Assembly (NCBI GenBank): GCA_034678415.1
Contig: JAXDBV010000045.1
Coordinates: 1,317-65,316, forward strand
Direction of reading: 5' to 3'
Source of the DNA: Bacteroidales bacterium
Lineage (GTDB): Bacteria > Bacteroidota > Bacteroidia > Bacteroidales > VadinHA17
Length of the DNA stretch: 64,000 nt
The position numbers were made by a program, and so were the translations under genes. This document shows, one piece after another, positions 17,851-28,007 of this stretch (positions within the stretch are counted from its first letter, which is position 1; each line of letters begins with the position of its first letter). The notes under the pieces are model-generated. The model worked only from the letters and a program-made list of their open reading frames with translations, ran no database searches and was not told the origin of the DNA.

Positions 17851-18825
17851 CTAACTATAATATATGAGGGATCGGATAAGATTGTGCATCTCGTTTTCAT
17901 CGACGGTGTTCACCAGCCTGGATTTTATTTCTTTGAATCCGGGGAGGTTTCTGAAGTAGGATACGAGGAAGTGCCGCATTTCATAGATGCCTCTGGGTAT
18001 GCCTTTATAACGGATGGAGAGGTCGAGCTGATCAAGGGCCAACTGTATTTTATTTCTGAGAGGATAGGGTTTGCTTATCATCCCGTTGATGAGGTACAGG
18101 TGAATGTCGTTAAAGATCCAGGGTGCGTGCATGGCAGCGCGGCCGATCATAATGCCGTCCACCCCATATTTCGTGAACATTTCTTTTGCTTTCACGGGGG
18201 AATCGATGTCCCCGTTTCCGATAACCGGGATCCGGATGCGGGGATTGTTTTTCAGCTCACCGATGAGTGTCCAGTCGGCGGTGCCCTGGTAAAACTGGTT
18301 GCGTGTACGGGCGTGGATGGTGATAGCGCTGATTCCTGCATCCTGCAGCTTCTCGGTCACTTCAGTAATATTTTTACTGTTCTCGTCCCATCCCAGGCGT
18401 GTTTTCACTGTCACCGGCAACGATACGTGTCTTACTATTTCCCGGGTGATGGATACCATTTTGTCGACCTCGCGCATCATTCCTGCGCCGGCACCCCGGT
18501 TGGAGATCTTTTTCTTTGGGCATCCGAAATTCAGGTCGATAATGTCGGGCCTGGCTTCTTCGGCCATTATGGCAGCATGGATCATGGATGCAGGCATATG
18601 GCCGTAAATCTGTATACCTATCGGTCTTTCCTCTTCCGAAAAGAGTAGTTTGGCCATGCTTTTATCCGTTTTCCGCAGCAGGCCGTCGGATGAAATGAAT
18701 TCAGTGAACACCATGGCTGCTCCCATTCTCCGGCATATGATCCTGAAGGACGGATCCGTTACGTTTTCCATTGGGGCCAGCAACAGAGATTGCTCACCGA
18801 GTTCGATGGTGCCGATTTTTAACAC
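17851..18825 (-). CDS. dusB: tRNA-dihydrouridine synthase
   Basis: LAPMENVTDPSFRIICRRMGA, DLNFGCPKKK (catalytic Cys) and AITIHARTR are Dus-family motifs. Confidence 0.85.
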   Translation of the reverse strand: MLKIGTIELGEQSLLLAPMENVTDPSFRIICRRMGAAMVFTEFISSDGLLRKTDKSMAKLLFSEEERPIGIQIYGHMPASMIHAAIMAEEARPDIIDLNFGCPKKKISNRGAGAGMMREVDKMVSITREIVRHVSLPVTVKTRLGWDENSKNITEVTEKLQDAGISAITIHARTRNQFYQGTADWTLIGELKNNPRIRIPVIGNGDIDSPVKAKEMFTKYGVDGIMIGRAAMHAPWIFNDIHLYLINGMISKPYPLRNKIQLALDQLDLSIRYKGIPRGIYEMRHFLVSYFRNLPGFKEIKSRLVNTVDENEMHNLIRSLIYYS

Positions 18826-18873
18826 AATGAAATTCTCCCTATTTTTGGTAAAATTAATTTTTTCAGCGTTCTG

Positions 18874-19809
18874 ATGATCAGGGGTTCATTTACCGATACA
18901 CACCCTTTTGGTAAGATTCTTCTTTCAGCCATAATCATATTATCCTGTTTCCTTTTGTTTTCACTGATAGGAACAATAGCGGCCGTCATAGTATTTGACA
19001 TCGACTTGTTTCGTTTATCCCAGGTTACGAACAATCTCAGCGATCCGGTGAGCATACGGTTGCTGAAGTTTCTCCAGGTGGTACAATCGATGGGTTTGTT
19101 CATCGTTCCTCCCTTCCTGATAGGGTTTTTCCTGCATTCGGGAACCAGGGAATTCCTTTCCCTCGGGAGGACGCCTTTACTAACAGGATTATTGCTTTCG
19201 GCCGCGGTGATGATATCTGCCGTACCCATGATCAACTTCCTCGGGAAGCTGAACAGCGGTATTCACCTGCCTGATTTGTTACAGGGCGTTGAAGACTGGA
19301 TGAGAAGAATGGAAGAACAGGCGGAATCAATCACTGATTCATTTCTGCAGTTCCGTGCTCCAGGTGATTTATGGATCAACCTTTTCGTCATTGCCGTATT
19401 ACCGGGAATAGGTGAAGAGCTCCTTTTCCGGGGGGTTATACAGAGGCTATTTTCCGAATGGACCAGGAGTGTTCACTGGGGCATCCTCATTACGGCTGTG
19501 CTATTCAGTATGTCACATGTCCAGTTTTTCGGATTTATTCCCCGTTTGCTGATGGGAGTGCTCTTCGGTTATATGCTGGTATGGTCAGGGAGCCTGTGGT
19601 ATCCGGTTATCGCTCATTTCACCAACAATGCGCTGGCAGTGGTATACTATTACCTCGCGGCGGAAGGCAGAGTAGGCCGGGAACTGGAAGAGGTTGGCGC
19701 CACCCCGGATAAATTTTATCTCGTGGCCGTAAGTCTGATAATGTCAGGTTTGCTTCTTTATGTTCTGTATAAAAGGGAATCAGAGAAGAATAGCTCTCCG
19801 GCAAGCTGA
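18874..19809 (+). CDS. CPBP family intramembrane glutamic endopeptidase (CAAX protease-like)
   Basis: Multi-TM protein with the motifs EELLFRGVIQ, FSMSHV and HFTNNA. Confidence 0.8.
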   Translation: MIRGSFTDTHPFGKILLSAIIILSCFLLFSLIGTIAAVIVFDIDLFRLSQVTNNLSDPVSIRLLKFLQVVQSMGLFIVPPFLIGFFLHSGTREFLSLGRTPLLTGLLLSAAVMISAVPMINFLGKLNSGIHLPDLLQGVEDWMRRMEEQAESITDSFLQFRAPGDLWINLFVIAVLPGIGEELLFRGVIQRLFSEWTRSVHWGILITAVLFSMSHVQFFGFIPRLLMGVLFGYMLVWSGSLWYPVIAHFTNNALAVVYYYLAAEGRVGRELEEVGATPDKFYLVAVSLIMSGLLLYVLYKRESEKNSSPAS

Positions 19810-19811
19810 GG

Positions 19812-20555
19812 TTACGAAAGAAAATCCCCGGCGGATGTTTTTTCAGCCAGGGAGCGAGTCAGGCTTTTCAGTTCGTTCTTGCGATAAAAATATACGATCC
19901 CGTATTCCATGCATTTTTCCCTTCTTATGTCATCGGGCAGATCACTGAAGTAATCCTCCACCTCATTCCAAATGTTCTGTATAAGCTGGTCTGCTTGTTT
20001 CCTCATCATCTTGATTTTTTCCTGGTTATTCCGGTTCCGTTGCAGGATTATTTTCTGGGAATGATATGCATCCAGGAATTTCTCATACCACACCTTTACC
20101 ACGGCAATGGTGGGATTCGTGATTGGGGCAAATCCTTTCAGCAAGCGGGCTGACTCCCCATCAATAATCTTCCTTCCCCAATGAATAACATCTTTTTCGG
20201 TGAGAAGAGATGGCAGGTTTTTGTCCTTCACATCGATACCATAGAAAGTACGTGTGGAAGAAGGGATTTCTCCTCTCAAAACAGCCATGTTCATCACCTG
20301 TATGAAATGGGATATGAAAAGGCGGGCTTTTCTCAGGCAGACCTGGTAATCATTGCTTTTGTACAGCTGGTTACTGTAGGATAGTTTTTGAATACTGATG
20401 GTGTGCTCGAAAGTCGGGAGAAAAGAATAAATGGCCTGGAGGGTTTTTTGCGTAAAGGCCAGTTTGAAGGGCGGCAACTCCCGTCCTTTTGACAGAGCAG
20501 ATTTTATCGCTTTCAGCCGTGCACTATCCGTGTTTGGCAGACGTCGGTATGGCAT
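19812..20555 (-). CDS. Hypothetical protein (soluble, predicted mostly helical)
   Basis: The open frame runs 19812-20630. I prefer the start at MPYRRLPNTDSARLKAIKSA (20555). No recognisable catalytic motif. Its stop is 2 nt from the convergent CPBP gene stop. Confidence 0.5.
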   Translation of the reverse strand: MPYRRLPNTDSARLKAIKSALSKGRELPPFKLAFTQKTLQAIYSFLPTFEHTISIQKLSYSNQLYKSNDYQVCLRKARLFISHFIQVMNMAVLRGEIPSSTRTFYGIDVKDKNLPSLLTEKDVIHWGRKIIDGESARLLKGFAPITNPTIAVVKVWYEKFLDAYHSQKIILQRNRNNQEKIKMMRKQADQLIQNIWNEVEDYFSDLPDDIRREKCMEYGIVYFYRKNELKSLTRSLAEKTSAGDFLS

Positions 20556-20779
20556 ATCCCCAAGTCTTTTAATACGATATTGACAAATACCAATTCCTTG
20601 CGAATATATCAAATATTTTAACATATGCAAGTCTATTCGCTAAATATTACTATTTGTCCCTGAGTAATTTAGTCTGATGAAAGCAGGATAAAAATGACCG
20701 GGGACGACCGGGAAAAGGCAAAAATTCCGATTTCATTCAGCAGCAATTTGAATAAAGGATAATAGTTTACTAATTTTAA

Positions 20780-22189
20780 ATGCAATCCATGAAATCCAAA
20801 AATATGTTTGACAAGGACATTTATTCGAGACGCAGGAGGAGCCTGATATCGGCGTTCAAAAAGGGTATCCTTTTATTTCCCGGTAACCCGGAGGCGGCCA
20901 TGAATTATCCTGCAAATACATATCATTTCAGGCAGGACAGTACATTCCTGTATTTTTTCGGGATCGATTTACCAAACCTGGCTGCAGTGATCGATATTGA
21001 CGAGGGCGAGGAAATATTATTCGGTGATGATTTCGGTATAGACGATATCATCTGGATGGGGCCACAACCTTCCACCACGGAACTTGCCGGGATGGCTGGT
21101 GTAGTGAAAACGCTTCCGTTTGCCTCTATCAGAGACTGGCTACAAAAAGTTGTCCGGCAGGGCAGGACGGTTCATTTTCTTCCACCCTACAGGGGGGAGA
21201 TAAAAATCCAGTTAAGCGAGTGGCTGAGTATTCCTGTCGGTCAGTTAAAGGAGAAAGCATCGGTTCAGCTGATCAGGGAAGTGGTACGGTTGAGATCGGT
21301 GAAAGACGAACACGAGATCAGGGAAATTGAAAAGGCGGTTGAGATCACCCGTGAGATGCATATCACAGCCATGAGGATGGCCAGGCCGGGTATTTACGAA
21401 TATGAGATTACCGGCAAACTGGAAGGTATTCCCGGTATTTATGAGGGCAATATTTCATTCCCCATCATACTGAGCATTAACGGACAAACCTTGCATAACC
21501 ATTATCACGGCAATCGATTGGAAGAGGGCAGAATATTAGTGGTGGATGCCGGTGCCGAAACTTCCATGCATTATACGGGTGATATTACCCGCAGCATACC
21601 GGTAGGGGGGAAATTCACCAGGCGGCAGAAGGATATTTACGAGATTGTTGTGTACGCAAATTTGGAGACTATTCAATCGGCCCGTCCGGGAATCACCAAT
21701 CTTGAACAGCACCTTCATGCCGCACGGATCATAACCGGTGGACTGAAGGAGCTGGGAATCATGAAAGGGGATGTGGAGGAGGCTGTGGCCTGCGGTGCAC
21801 ATGCTCTTTTCTTTCCCCACGGCCTCGGTCATATGATGGGGCTCGATGTGCATGATATGGAGAACCTGGGTGAAGAGTATGTGGGGTATGATGAAACCAT
21901 CTCCCGCAGCTCCCAGTTCGGACTTGCTTCACTCCGACTGGCACGAACCCTCGTACCGGGATTTGTGCTGACCATTGAACCCGGCATCTATTTCATACCT
22001 GCTCTTACCGGAATCTGGAAAAAAGAAAAAAAACATGCCGACTTCATCAACTATGCGGAGGTGGAAAAATACCTCGATTTCGGAGGGATACGGGTGGAGG
22101 ATAACATACTCATCACCGAAGATGGTGCGAAGGTATTGGGGCAGCCAATACCGAAAACCGTAAGAGAAATTGAAGAATTTATGAAATAG
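20780..22189 (+). CDS. M24B family Xaa-Pro aminopeptidase (aminopeptidase P-like)
   Basis: Pita-bread fold metal ligands are readable: VVDAGAE..YTGDITR, FPHGLGHMMGLDVHD, LTIEPGIY, GGIRVEDN. Confidence 0.8.
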   Translation: MQSMKSKNMFDKDIYSRRRRSLISAFKKGILLFPGNPEAAMNYPANTYHFRQDSTFLYFFGIDLPNLAAVIDIDEGEEILFGDDFGIDDIIWMGPQPSTTELAGMAGVVKTLPFASIRDWLQKVVRQGRTVHFLPPYRGEIKIQLSEWLSIPVGQLKEKASVQLIREVVRLRSVKDEHEIREIEKAVEITREMHITAMRMARPGIYEYEITGKLEGIPGIYEGNISFPIILSINGQTLHNHYHGNRLEEGRILVVDAGAETSMHYTGDITRSIPVGGKFTRRQKDIYEIVVYANLETIQSARPGITNLEQHLHAARIITGGLKELGIMKGDVEEAVACGAHALFFPHGLGHMMGLDVHDMENLGEEYVGYDETISRSSQFGLASLRLARTLVPGFVLTIEPGIYFIPALTGIWKKEKKHADFINYAEVEKYLDFGGIRVEDNILITEDGAKVLGQPIPKTVREIEEFMK

Positions 22190-22245
22190 GTGGTATCACA
22201 GCGCTGTGTTAGTCTTCATAAGACGGTCGGATCCCGAGGATTAGC

Positions 22246-22986
22246 TCAGGTTGTGATAGCTGAGTAATACTCCCTGTTGAGCCGGGCAATATGTAACAGT
22301 TTGATCTCCTTGGGGCATTCGGCTTCGCAAGCACCGGTATTTGTGCAGTTGCCGAAGCCCAGCTCGTCGGCTTTTTTGATCATGGCGATCACCCGTTCTC
22401 TGGCTTCTGTCCTTCCCTGGGGAAGCAGTGCCAGCTGGGAGACCTTGGCTGAGACGAACAACATGGCCGACGCATTTTTACAGGTGGCAACACAGGCACC
22501 ACAGCCGATACAAATGGCTGCATCAAATGCTTCGTCGGCTTTTTTCTTCGGAACGAGGATGGAGTTGGCCTCAGGGGCTGCCCCGGTATTCACGGAAATG
22601 AAACCTCCCGCAATTTGTATCTTGTCGAAGGCACTTCTGTCAACGATGAGATCTTTTATGACGGGAAATGCTTTAGCTCTCCAGGGTTCAACCCATATGG
22701 TATCTCCGTCTCTGAAAGCGCGCATGGTCAGATGACAGGTGGTGATGGCCGGGAGAGGCCCGTGTGGTTGGCCGTTGATAAACATGCCGCAGGAACCACA
22801 GATTCCCTCCCTGCAGTCATGATCAAAAGCCACGGGATTATTACCCTCTTTTATCAATTTGTGGTTTAATGCATCCAGCATTTCAAGGAAAGACATTTCA
22901 GGAGAAACGCCGTCGAAATCGTATGTTACGAAGGCACCCTTTTCCTGAGGACCGGCCTGGCGCCAAATTTTAAGTGTGACTTTCAT
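22246..22986 (-). CDS. sdhB: Succinate dehydrogenase / fumarate reductase iron-sulfur subunit
   Basis: The Cys clusters [21 protein letters not shown] and [12 protein letters not shown] give the 2Fe-2S, 4Fe-4S and 3Fe-4S ligands. Confidence 0.9.
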   Translation of the reverse strand: MKVTLKIWRQAGPQEKGAFVTYDFDGVSPEMSFLEMLDALNHKLIKEGNNPVAFDHDCREGICGSCGMFINGQPHGPLPAITTCHLTMRAFRDGDTIWVEPWRAKAFPVIKDLIVDRSAFDKIQIAGGFISVNTGAAPEANSILVPKKKADEAFDAAICIGCGACVATCKNASAMLFVSAKVSQLALLPQGRTEARERVIAMIKKADELGFGNCTNTGACEAECPKEIKLLHIARLNREYYSAITT

Positions 22987-23009
22987 ATGATGATGGATGA
23001 TTGGGTTGA

Positions 23010-24929
23010 TTATTTGTAGGTTCTCTCTTTTAACTCCACAGCTTCAAATGTAAGGTGTTCTTTATGCAGGATGTGGGGTTTATCCTCTCCTGCATATTCC
23101 CAGGCGGCAACATAGGCATAGTGTTCGTCATCGCGTTTGGCCTCCCCGTCGGCGGTCTGGCTTTCTTCACGGAAGTGAGCTCCGCACGATTCTTTCCTGT
23201 TTAACGCATCGGCGATCATCAGGCTTGCCACTTCAAAAAGGTCGGCAACACGGCTTGCTTTCTCCAGTTCCTGGTTCAGTTCATACTGCGATCCCGGTAT
23301 CTTTAGATCTGTCCAGAACTCGTTCTTCAGTTCCTTAACCAGTTCGGCAGCTTTTAGCAGCCCAGCTTCATTCCGTACCATACCACAGTAATCCCACATT
23401 ATTTTTCCCAGCTTCCTGTGAAAAGCGGTTGCCGTTTGTTTACCATTGATAGATATCAGTTTTTTATGATTATCCATGGCTTCCTTTTCCGCTTCATCAA
23501 ACTCCTTCCTGTCAACCGCTATCCTGGGGGTTTTGATCTCGTCAGCCAGGTAATTGCTGATCGTGCGGGGAAGGATGAAATAGCCATCGCCGGCAGCCTG
23601 CATCAGGGATGCTGCTCCCAGCCTGTTAGCTCCATGGTCGGAAAAGTTGCATTCGCCAATGGCAAACAGTCCCGGAATGGTTGTCATGAGTTCATAATCA
23701 ACCCACAACCCGCCCATGGTATAATGGCCGGCAGGGTAAATACGCATGGGTTCTTCGTACGGATCAATGTTGGTGATGGTTTTATACATCTGGAAAAGGT
23801 TCCCGTACTTGTTCTCAATACTTTTTCTTCCCTGTTTTTTAATAGCGTCGCGAAAGTCGAGGTATACGGCAAGGCCTGATTCTCCTACCCCATAACCCGC
23901 ATCACATCGTTCTTTTGTGGCACGCGATCCCACATCCCTTGGTACGAGGTTTCCGTAGGCAGGGTATCGTCTTTCCAGGTAGTAGTCACGTTCTTCCTCG
24001 GGAATCGAGTTAGGGGGGCGTTTGTCACCTTTCTGTTTTGGCACCCACATCCTGCCGTCGTTCCGTAATGATTCGGACATGAGGGTGAGCTTGGACTGGT
24101 ATTCATTTAGCTGGGGGATACAGGTAGGATGGATTTGAATGAAACTGGGATTGGCAAAAAGCGCGCCTTTTTTATGGGCTTTCCAGGCAGCCGAGGGATT
24201 GGAGTTTACGGCCAGGGTAGACAGGTAAAAGATGGTTCCGTACCCCCCGGTGGCAAGCACCACTGCGTGGGCTGAGTGTCGTTCCAGCTTGCCCGTGATG
24301 AGGTTACGGGTAATAATACCTCTTGCTTTTCCGTCAATCATTACCAGGTCGACCATCTCCCTGCGGGGATACATAGTGACTTTGCCTTTTTGTATTTGTC
24401 GGTTCATGGATGAGTAAGCGGCAAGGAGACACTGCTGGCCTGTCTGGCCCTTGGCATAAAAGGTTCTGGATACCTGTACCCCTCCGAAAGAGCGGGTATC
24501 GATGGTGCCTCCATAGTCACGCGCAAAAGGCAGTCCCAGGGCAGTATAATGATCGATCACCTGGTTGCTCACCTCAGCAGCCCTGTAAACATTAGCTTCT
24601 CTGGCACGGAAATCTCCCCCTTTGATGATATCATAAAACAGCCGGTAAACACTGTCTCCGTCATTCTGATAGTTCTTTGCGGCATTGATACCTCCCTGTG
24701 CAGCAACAGAATGAGCCCTGCGCGGAGAATCCTGGTAGCAAAAAATCTTAACGTTGTACCCCAGTTCCCCCAGCGATGAGGCAGCGCTGGCTCCTGCTAT
24801 CCCTGTCCCGACAATGATAATATCGATCTTGTTCCTGTTGGCAGGATTAATAAGCTTTGCAGTGTTTTTATACCTTGTCCATTTTTCTTCCAGCGGACCT
24901 GCAGGTAACTTGGCATTCAGTAGTGGCAT
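23010..24929 (-). CDS. sdhA: Succinate dehydrogenase / fumarate reductase flavoprotein subunit
   Basis: [16 protein letters not shown] motif, [12 protein letters not shown] (covalent-FAD His region), HPT, and HGANRLGA. The start is set at [17 protein letters not shown] (24929), 24 nt after the sdhC stop; the track ORF to 25010 would overlap sdhC. Confidence 0.92.
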   Translation of the reverse strand: MPLLNAKLPAGPLEEKWTRYKNTAKLINPANRNKIDIIIVGTGIAGASAASSLGELGYNVKIFCYQDSPRRAHSVAAQGGINAAKNYQNDGDSVYRLFYDIIKGGDFRAREANVYRAAEVSNQVIDHYTALGLPFARDYGGTIDTRSFGGVQVSRTFYAKGQTGQQCLLAAYSSMNRQIQKGKVTMYPRREMVDLVMIDGKARGIITRNLITGKLERHSAHAVVLATGGYGTIFYLSTLAVNSNPSAAWKAHKKGALFANPSFIQIHPTCIPQLNEYQSKLTLMSESLRNDGRMWVPKQKGDKRPPNSIPEEERDYYLERRYPAYGNLVPRDVGSRATKERCDAGYGVGESGLAVYLDFRDAIKKQGRKSIENKYGNLFQMYKTITNIDPYEEPMRIYPAGHYTMGGLWVDYELMTTIPGLFAIGECNFSDHGANRLGAASLMQAAGDGYFILPRTISNYLADEIKTPRIAVDRKEFDEAEKEAMDNHKKLISINGKQTATAFHRKLGKIMWDYCGMVRNEAGLLKAAELVKELKNEFWTDLKIPGSQYELNQELEKASRVADLFEVASLMIADALNRKESCGAHFREESQTADGEAKRDDEHYAYVAAWEYAGEDKPHILHKEHLTFEAVELKERTYK

Positions 24930-24952
24930 AATCCATGAGTTTTCAGGTGTTC

Positions 24953-25639
24953 TTACTTGAAAAATATGATAAGTGCTATAGAGGCAAACCCCGCCGGTAC
25001 AATGATGCAATAGATCAGGCCTATCACTTTTATGGCAGGCGTATATTTAGGATGATTCAGCCCCAGAGTCTGGAAAGCCGATTGAAAGGCATGATGCAGA
25101 TGAATACCCAGTATAACGAAGGATAGTAGGTAAAGTATTAAATACCCCGGTATTTTAAACAGTTCATGGGCCATGGTATAGAAATTATCCGGGTCACCGG
25201 AGACCAGTCCCAGCCTTACAAACCAGAAATTGAGGAAGTGAATGAACAGGAAAATAAGTATGATACCGCCTGTCCATATCATAAAATTTGCAAAGTACGA
25301 TGTTTGGGAATAATGATACTTTTTATACCTGACAGGACGGGCAAACCAGTTCTGCAGTTGCAGGATGATGCCCCAGATAATATGTACCAGGAAACCGCCG
25401 ATCAACACGATCTCAAAAATCTTAATGAGCGGAAAGGTAGCCATGAAATGGGCGGCCATGGTAAAAGGTTCCGGGTCATCCTTCAGCAACATCAGATTGA
25501 TACTCAGGTGAACGATCAGGAAAAGAATCAGGAATAATCCCGCTAATGACATCACCAGCTTCCTGGCAACAGAGGGTCCTAGTATGTTCCCCATAAAAAG
25601 TGAATTAAAAAAGTTAGTATCTTGCAATAAATGTGGCAA
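24953..25639 (-). CDS. sdhC: Succinate dehydrogenase / fumarate reductase cytochrome b subunit (b558-type, 5 TM)
   Basis: Hydrophobic 5-TM protein with conserved His residues in the TM helices ([36 protein letters not shown]). It is the first gene of the sdhCAB arrangement typical of Bacteroidia. An alternative start is at M16 (25594). Confidence 0.8.
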   Translation of the reverse strand: MPHLLQDTNFFNSLFMGNILGPSVARKLVMSLAGLFLILFLIVHLSINLMLLKDDPEPFTMAAHFMATFPLIKIFEIVLIGGFLVHIIWGIILQLQNWFARPVRYKKYHYSQTSYFANFMIWTGGIILIFLFIHFLNFWFVRLGLVSGDPDNFYTMAHELFKIPGYLILYLLSFVILGIHLHHAFQSAFQTLGLNHPKYTPAIKVIGLIYCIIVPAGFASIALIIFFK

Positions 25640-25712
25640 TAAATTTAGTGATTTGATGGTGGATGTTTTATGCTTCTGAGCATTTTTCCGGATAATAAAA
25701 AAAGGGATTAAT

Positions 25713-27008
25713 ATGGGTCACTATACAGCGATTTCTAAAAATTTTTTTGTAAGGAACAGGTCAAAACTGAGATCAAAAATCAGGCCCGGATCAGTGGTGG
25801 TGCTGAATGCCAATGACCAGGCAACAAGGAATGGAGACCAGTACTTTCCGTACCGGCAGAACAGCGATCTGTTCTATCTCACCGGAATTGAACAGGAGAA
25901 AACAGTGCTGACCCTCTGTCCCGGTCATCCTGATCCCCGGATGCAGGAGGTATTGTTTATCATACATCCTTCACCCGAGATGGAAACATGGGAGGGGAAG
26001 AAACTATCGAAGGAGGAAGCGTCCGAAATATCTGGTATAAAAACCATTCTCTGGCTTGACGAATTTGAAAAAACATTCCGGAACCAGGTACTGGCCAGCC
26101 GGATCATTTACATGAATGCCTTTGAATATGTCAAGTTTACTCCGGAAATGGCCTCGCGGGATGAACGTTTCATTTCATGGGTGAAAGGACAGTATCCGCT
26201 ACACAGGTATGAGAGGCTGGCACCCCTGTTGACCGCACTGAGGGTTGTGAAGGAACCGGAAGAATTGAAATGGATTGGGAAGGCGGTCGATATGACATCC
26301 GGTGCCTTGCTCAGGGTTTTACGGATGATAAGACCGGGATTATGCGAATACCAGATTGAAGCGGAGATCACACACGAGTTCATATGGAATGGAGGGGATC
26401 ATGCCTACAGGCCTATTATAGGATCCGGCCTTAACGCCTGTTCCCTTCATTATACTGCCAACCATGGCGTTTGCCGCGATGGAGACCTGGTTCTTATGGA
26501 TTTTGGTGCCGAGTATGCCAACTACGGGGCTGATTGCACGCGAACCGTACCTGTTAGCGGGAAATTCAGCCATCGCCAGAGGGAGCTGTATGAATCAGTC
26601 CTGAGAATCTTCAGGAAAGCTATTGATCTGGCTGTACCCGGGAAATCACTGAAGACATTGAATCACGAGGTACATGAGCTGGCGGAAAAGGAACATGTTG
26701 ACCTGGGCTTGTATACCATGAAACAACTGAAGAACCAGGATTCACAGAATCCGTTACGGTCCAGGTATCTTCCCCACGGGATTACCCATTTCATTGGTCT
26801 TGATGTGCATGATGCAGGAAGTCAGTATCTGCCTCTTCAGCCGGGGATGGTGATCACCATCGAACCCGGTATCTATCTGGCCCGGGAAGGGATAGGTATC
26901 AGGATCGAGGATGATGTGCTGATTACAGAAAATGGATCTGTCAGCCTGATGAAGAAAATCCCGGTCGAGATAGAAGAGATAGAAAAAATAATGCACCGGA
27001 AAAAATGA
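25713..27008 (+). CDS. pepP: Xaa-Pro aminopeptidase (aminopeptidase P N-terminal domain + M24B)
   Basis: N-terminal YRQNSDLFYLTG (AMP_N-type), then LMDFGAEY..YGADCTR, LPHGITHFIGLDVHD, ITIEPGIY, IRIEDD. Confidence 0.85.
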   Translation: MGHYTAISKNFFVRNRSKLRSKIRPGSVVVLNANDQATRNGDQYFPYRQNSDLFYLTGIEQEKTVLTLCPGHPDPRMQEVLFIIHPSPEMETWEGKKLSKEEASEISGIKTILWLDEFEKTFRNQVLASRIIYMNAFEYVKFTPEMASRDERFISWVKGQYPLHRYERLAPLLTALRVVKEPEELKWIGKAVDMTSGALLRVLRMIRPGLCEYQIEAEITHEFIWNGGDHAYRPIIGSGLNACSLHYTANHGVCRDGDLVLMDFGAEYANYGADCTRTVPVSGKFSHRQRELYESVLRIFRKAIDLAVPGKSLKTLNHEVHELAEKEHVDLGLYTMKQLKNQDSQNPLRSRYLPHGITHFIGLDVHDAGSQYLPLQPGMVITIEPGIYLAREGIGIRIEDDVLITENGSVSLMKKIPVEIEEIEKIMHRKK

Positions 27009-27817
27009 CAGGAACAAGATATATTGATTATCATGGCGGCAAACTGTGGTATACGGAAGAAGGATCAGGGGAAGCGGTAGTGTTCCTTCATGGTTTTCTT
27101 GAGTCGAAGGAAATCTGGGGTGATTTTACCCGTTCATTGATCCCTGCTTACCATGTTATTGCCATTGATCTGCCAGGGCATGGACTTTCCTCGGTTTTTT
27201 CGGATACGCATACGATGGCATTCATGGCGGAATGTGTGAAGGAGGTAATTCATTTCCTCGGACTGGGAAAGGTTGTTGTGGTGGGACACTCCATGGGCGG
27301 GTATGTGTCACTGGCATTTGCGGAAAAATATCCTGAAAGCCTGGCGGGTCTGTGCCTCTTCCATTCCTCGCCTTATCCGGATAACGGGGAAAAGAAGAAA
27401 AACAGGGACCGAACCATTGATGTGGTGAAGCAGGGGAAAAAGAATCAGCTGGTTGCCATGCATATACCGATGACCTTTGCCCCGGCAAACCGACCTCTGT
27501 TTGGTAAGATCATAGAACGGCTTAAAGAAACGGCCATGCATACTCCGGACAACGGGATTATAGCTGCTGTGGCAGGGATGAGAGACCGGCCTGACAGATC
27601 AGAAATATTACAGTTGTTAAACATCCCGGTTCTCATCATTGCAGGAGCAAACGACGGCTTTATCGCGACAGACGTGTCAGAGAACATATTCCGTCATACG
27701 TTGAACCCCTTGCCGCTGATGCTTGAGATGTCAGGACATATGGGATTTATTGAGGAAAAAGAAAAAGCACTGGAAGGGTTAAAAGACTATCTTAATATTA
27801 TTTATCCTGCTGAATAA
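27005..27817 (+). CDS. Alpha/beta hydrolase fold protein
   Basis: HGFLES oxyanion region, nucleophile elbow GHSMGGYV, and a C-terminal GHMGF His. It overlaps the pepP stop by 4 nt (ATGA). Confidence 0.8.
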   Translation: MTGTRYIDYHGGKLWYTEEGSGEAVVFLHGFLESKEIWGDFTRSLIPAYHVIAIDLPGHGLSSVFSDTHTMAFMAECVKEVIHFLGLGKVVVVGHSMGGYVSLAFAEKYPESLAGLCLFHSSPYPDNGEKKKNRDRTIDVVKQGKKNQLVAMHIPMTFAPANRPLFGKIIERLKETAMHTPDNGIIAAVAGMRDRPDRSEILQLLNIPVLIIAGANDGFIATDVSENIFRHTLNPLPLMLEMSGHMGFIEEKEKALEGLKDYLNIIYPAE

Positions 27818-27977
27818 TAATATGTTAAAATATTCATCCTCTTATTGAATAATTCTAAATTAACGAATGTTGATATTATTTGAAGGGAAAGGTTGACAAA
27901 CAACATCTTGTTCATTACCTTTGAATTCAGCGGTAGTGAAGCCACCGCTTATAAATCTTTTCATAAAGGGTGCCTGG

Positions 27978-28002
27978 GATGCCTGGTTATATACCAGGCA
28001 TC
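27978..28002. terminator. Perfect 10-bp stem / 5-nt loop hairpin between the convergent hydrolase and S41 protease genes
   Basis: gatgcctggt tatat accaggcatc. On the plus strand it is followed by tttcgttattcccttttttc (T-rich). It lies 5 nt beyond the stop of the minus-strand S41 gene and 160 nt beyond the plus-strand hydrolase stop. Confidence 0.5.
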
Positions 28003-28007
28003 TTTCG

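Noticed and set aside
17827-18648. 273-aa plus-strand ORF
   Set aside because: It lies entirely antisense to dusB, whose product shows unambiguous Dus-family motifs. The antisense translation has no motifs and reads like a mirror-frame artefact.
22197-22208. Perfect 12-bp palindrome cacagcgctgtg between convergent pepP-like and sdhB genes
   Set aside because: A zero-loop palindrome cannot form a meaningful terminator hairpin. It is a single short occurrence, consistent with chance or a restriction-type site.
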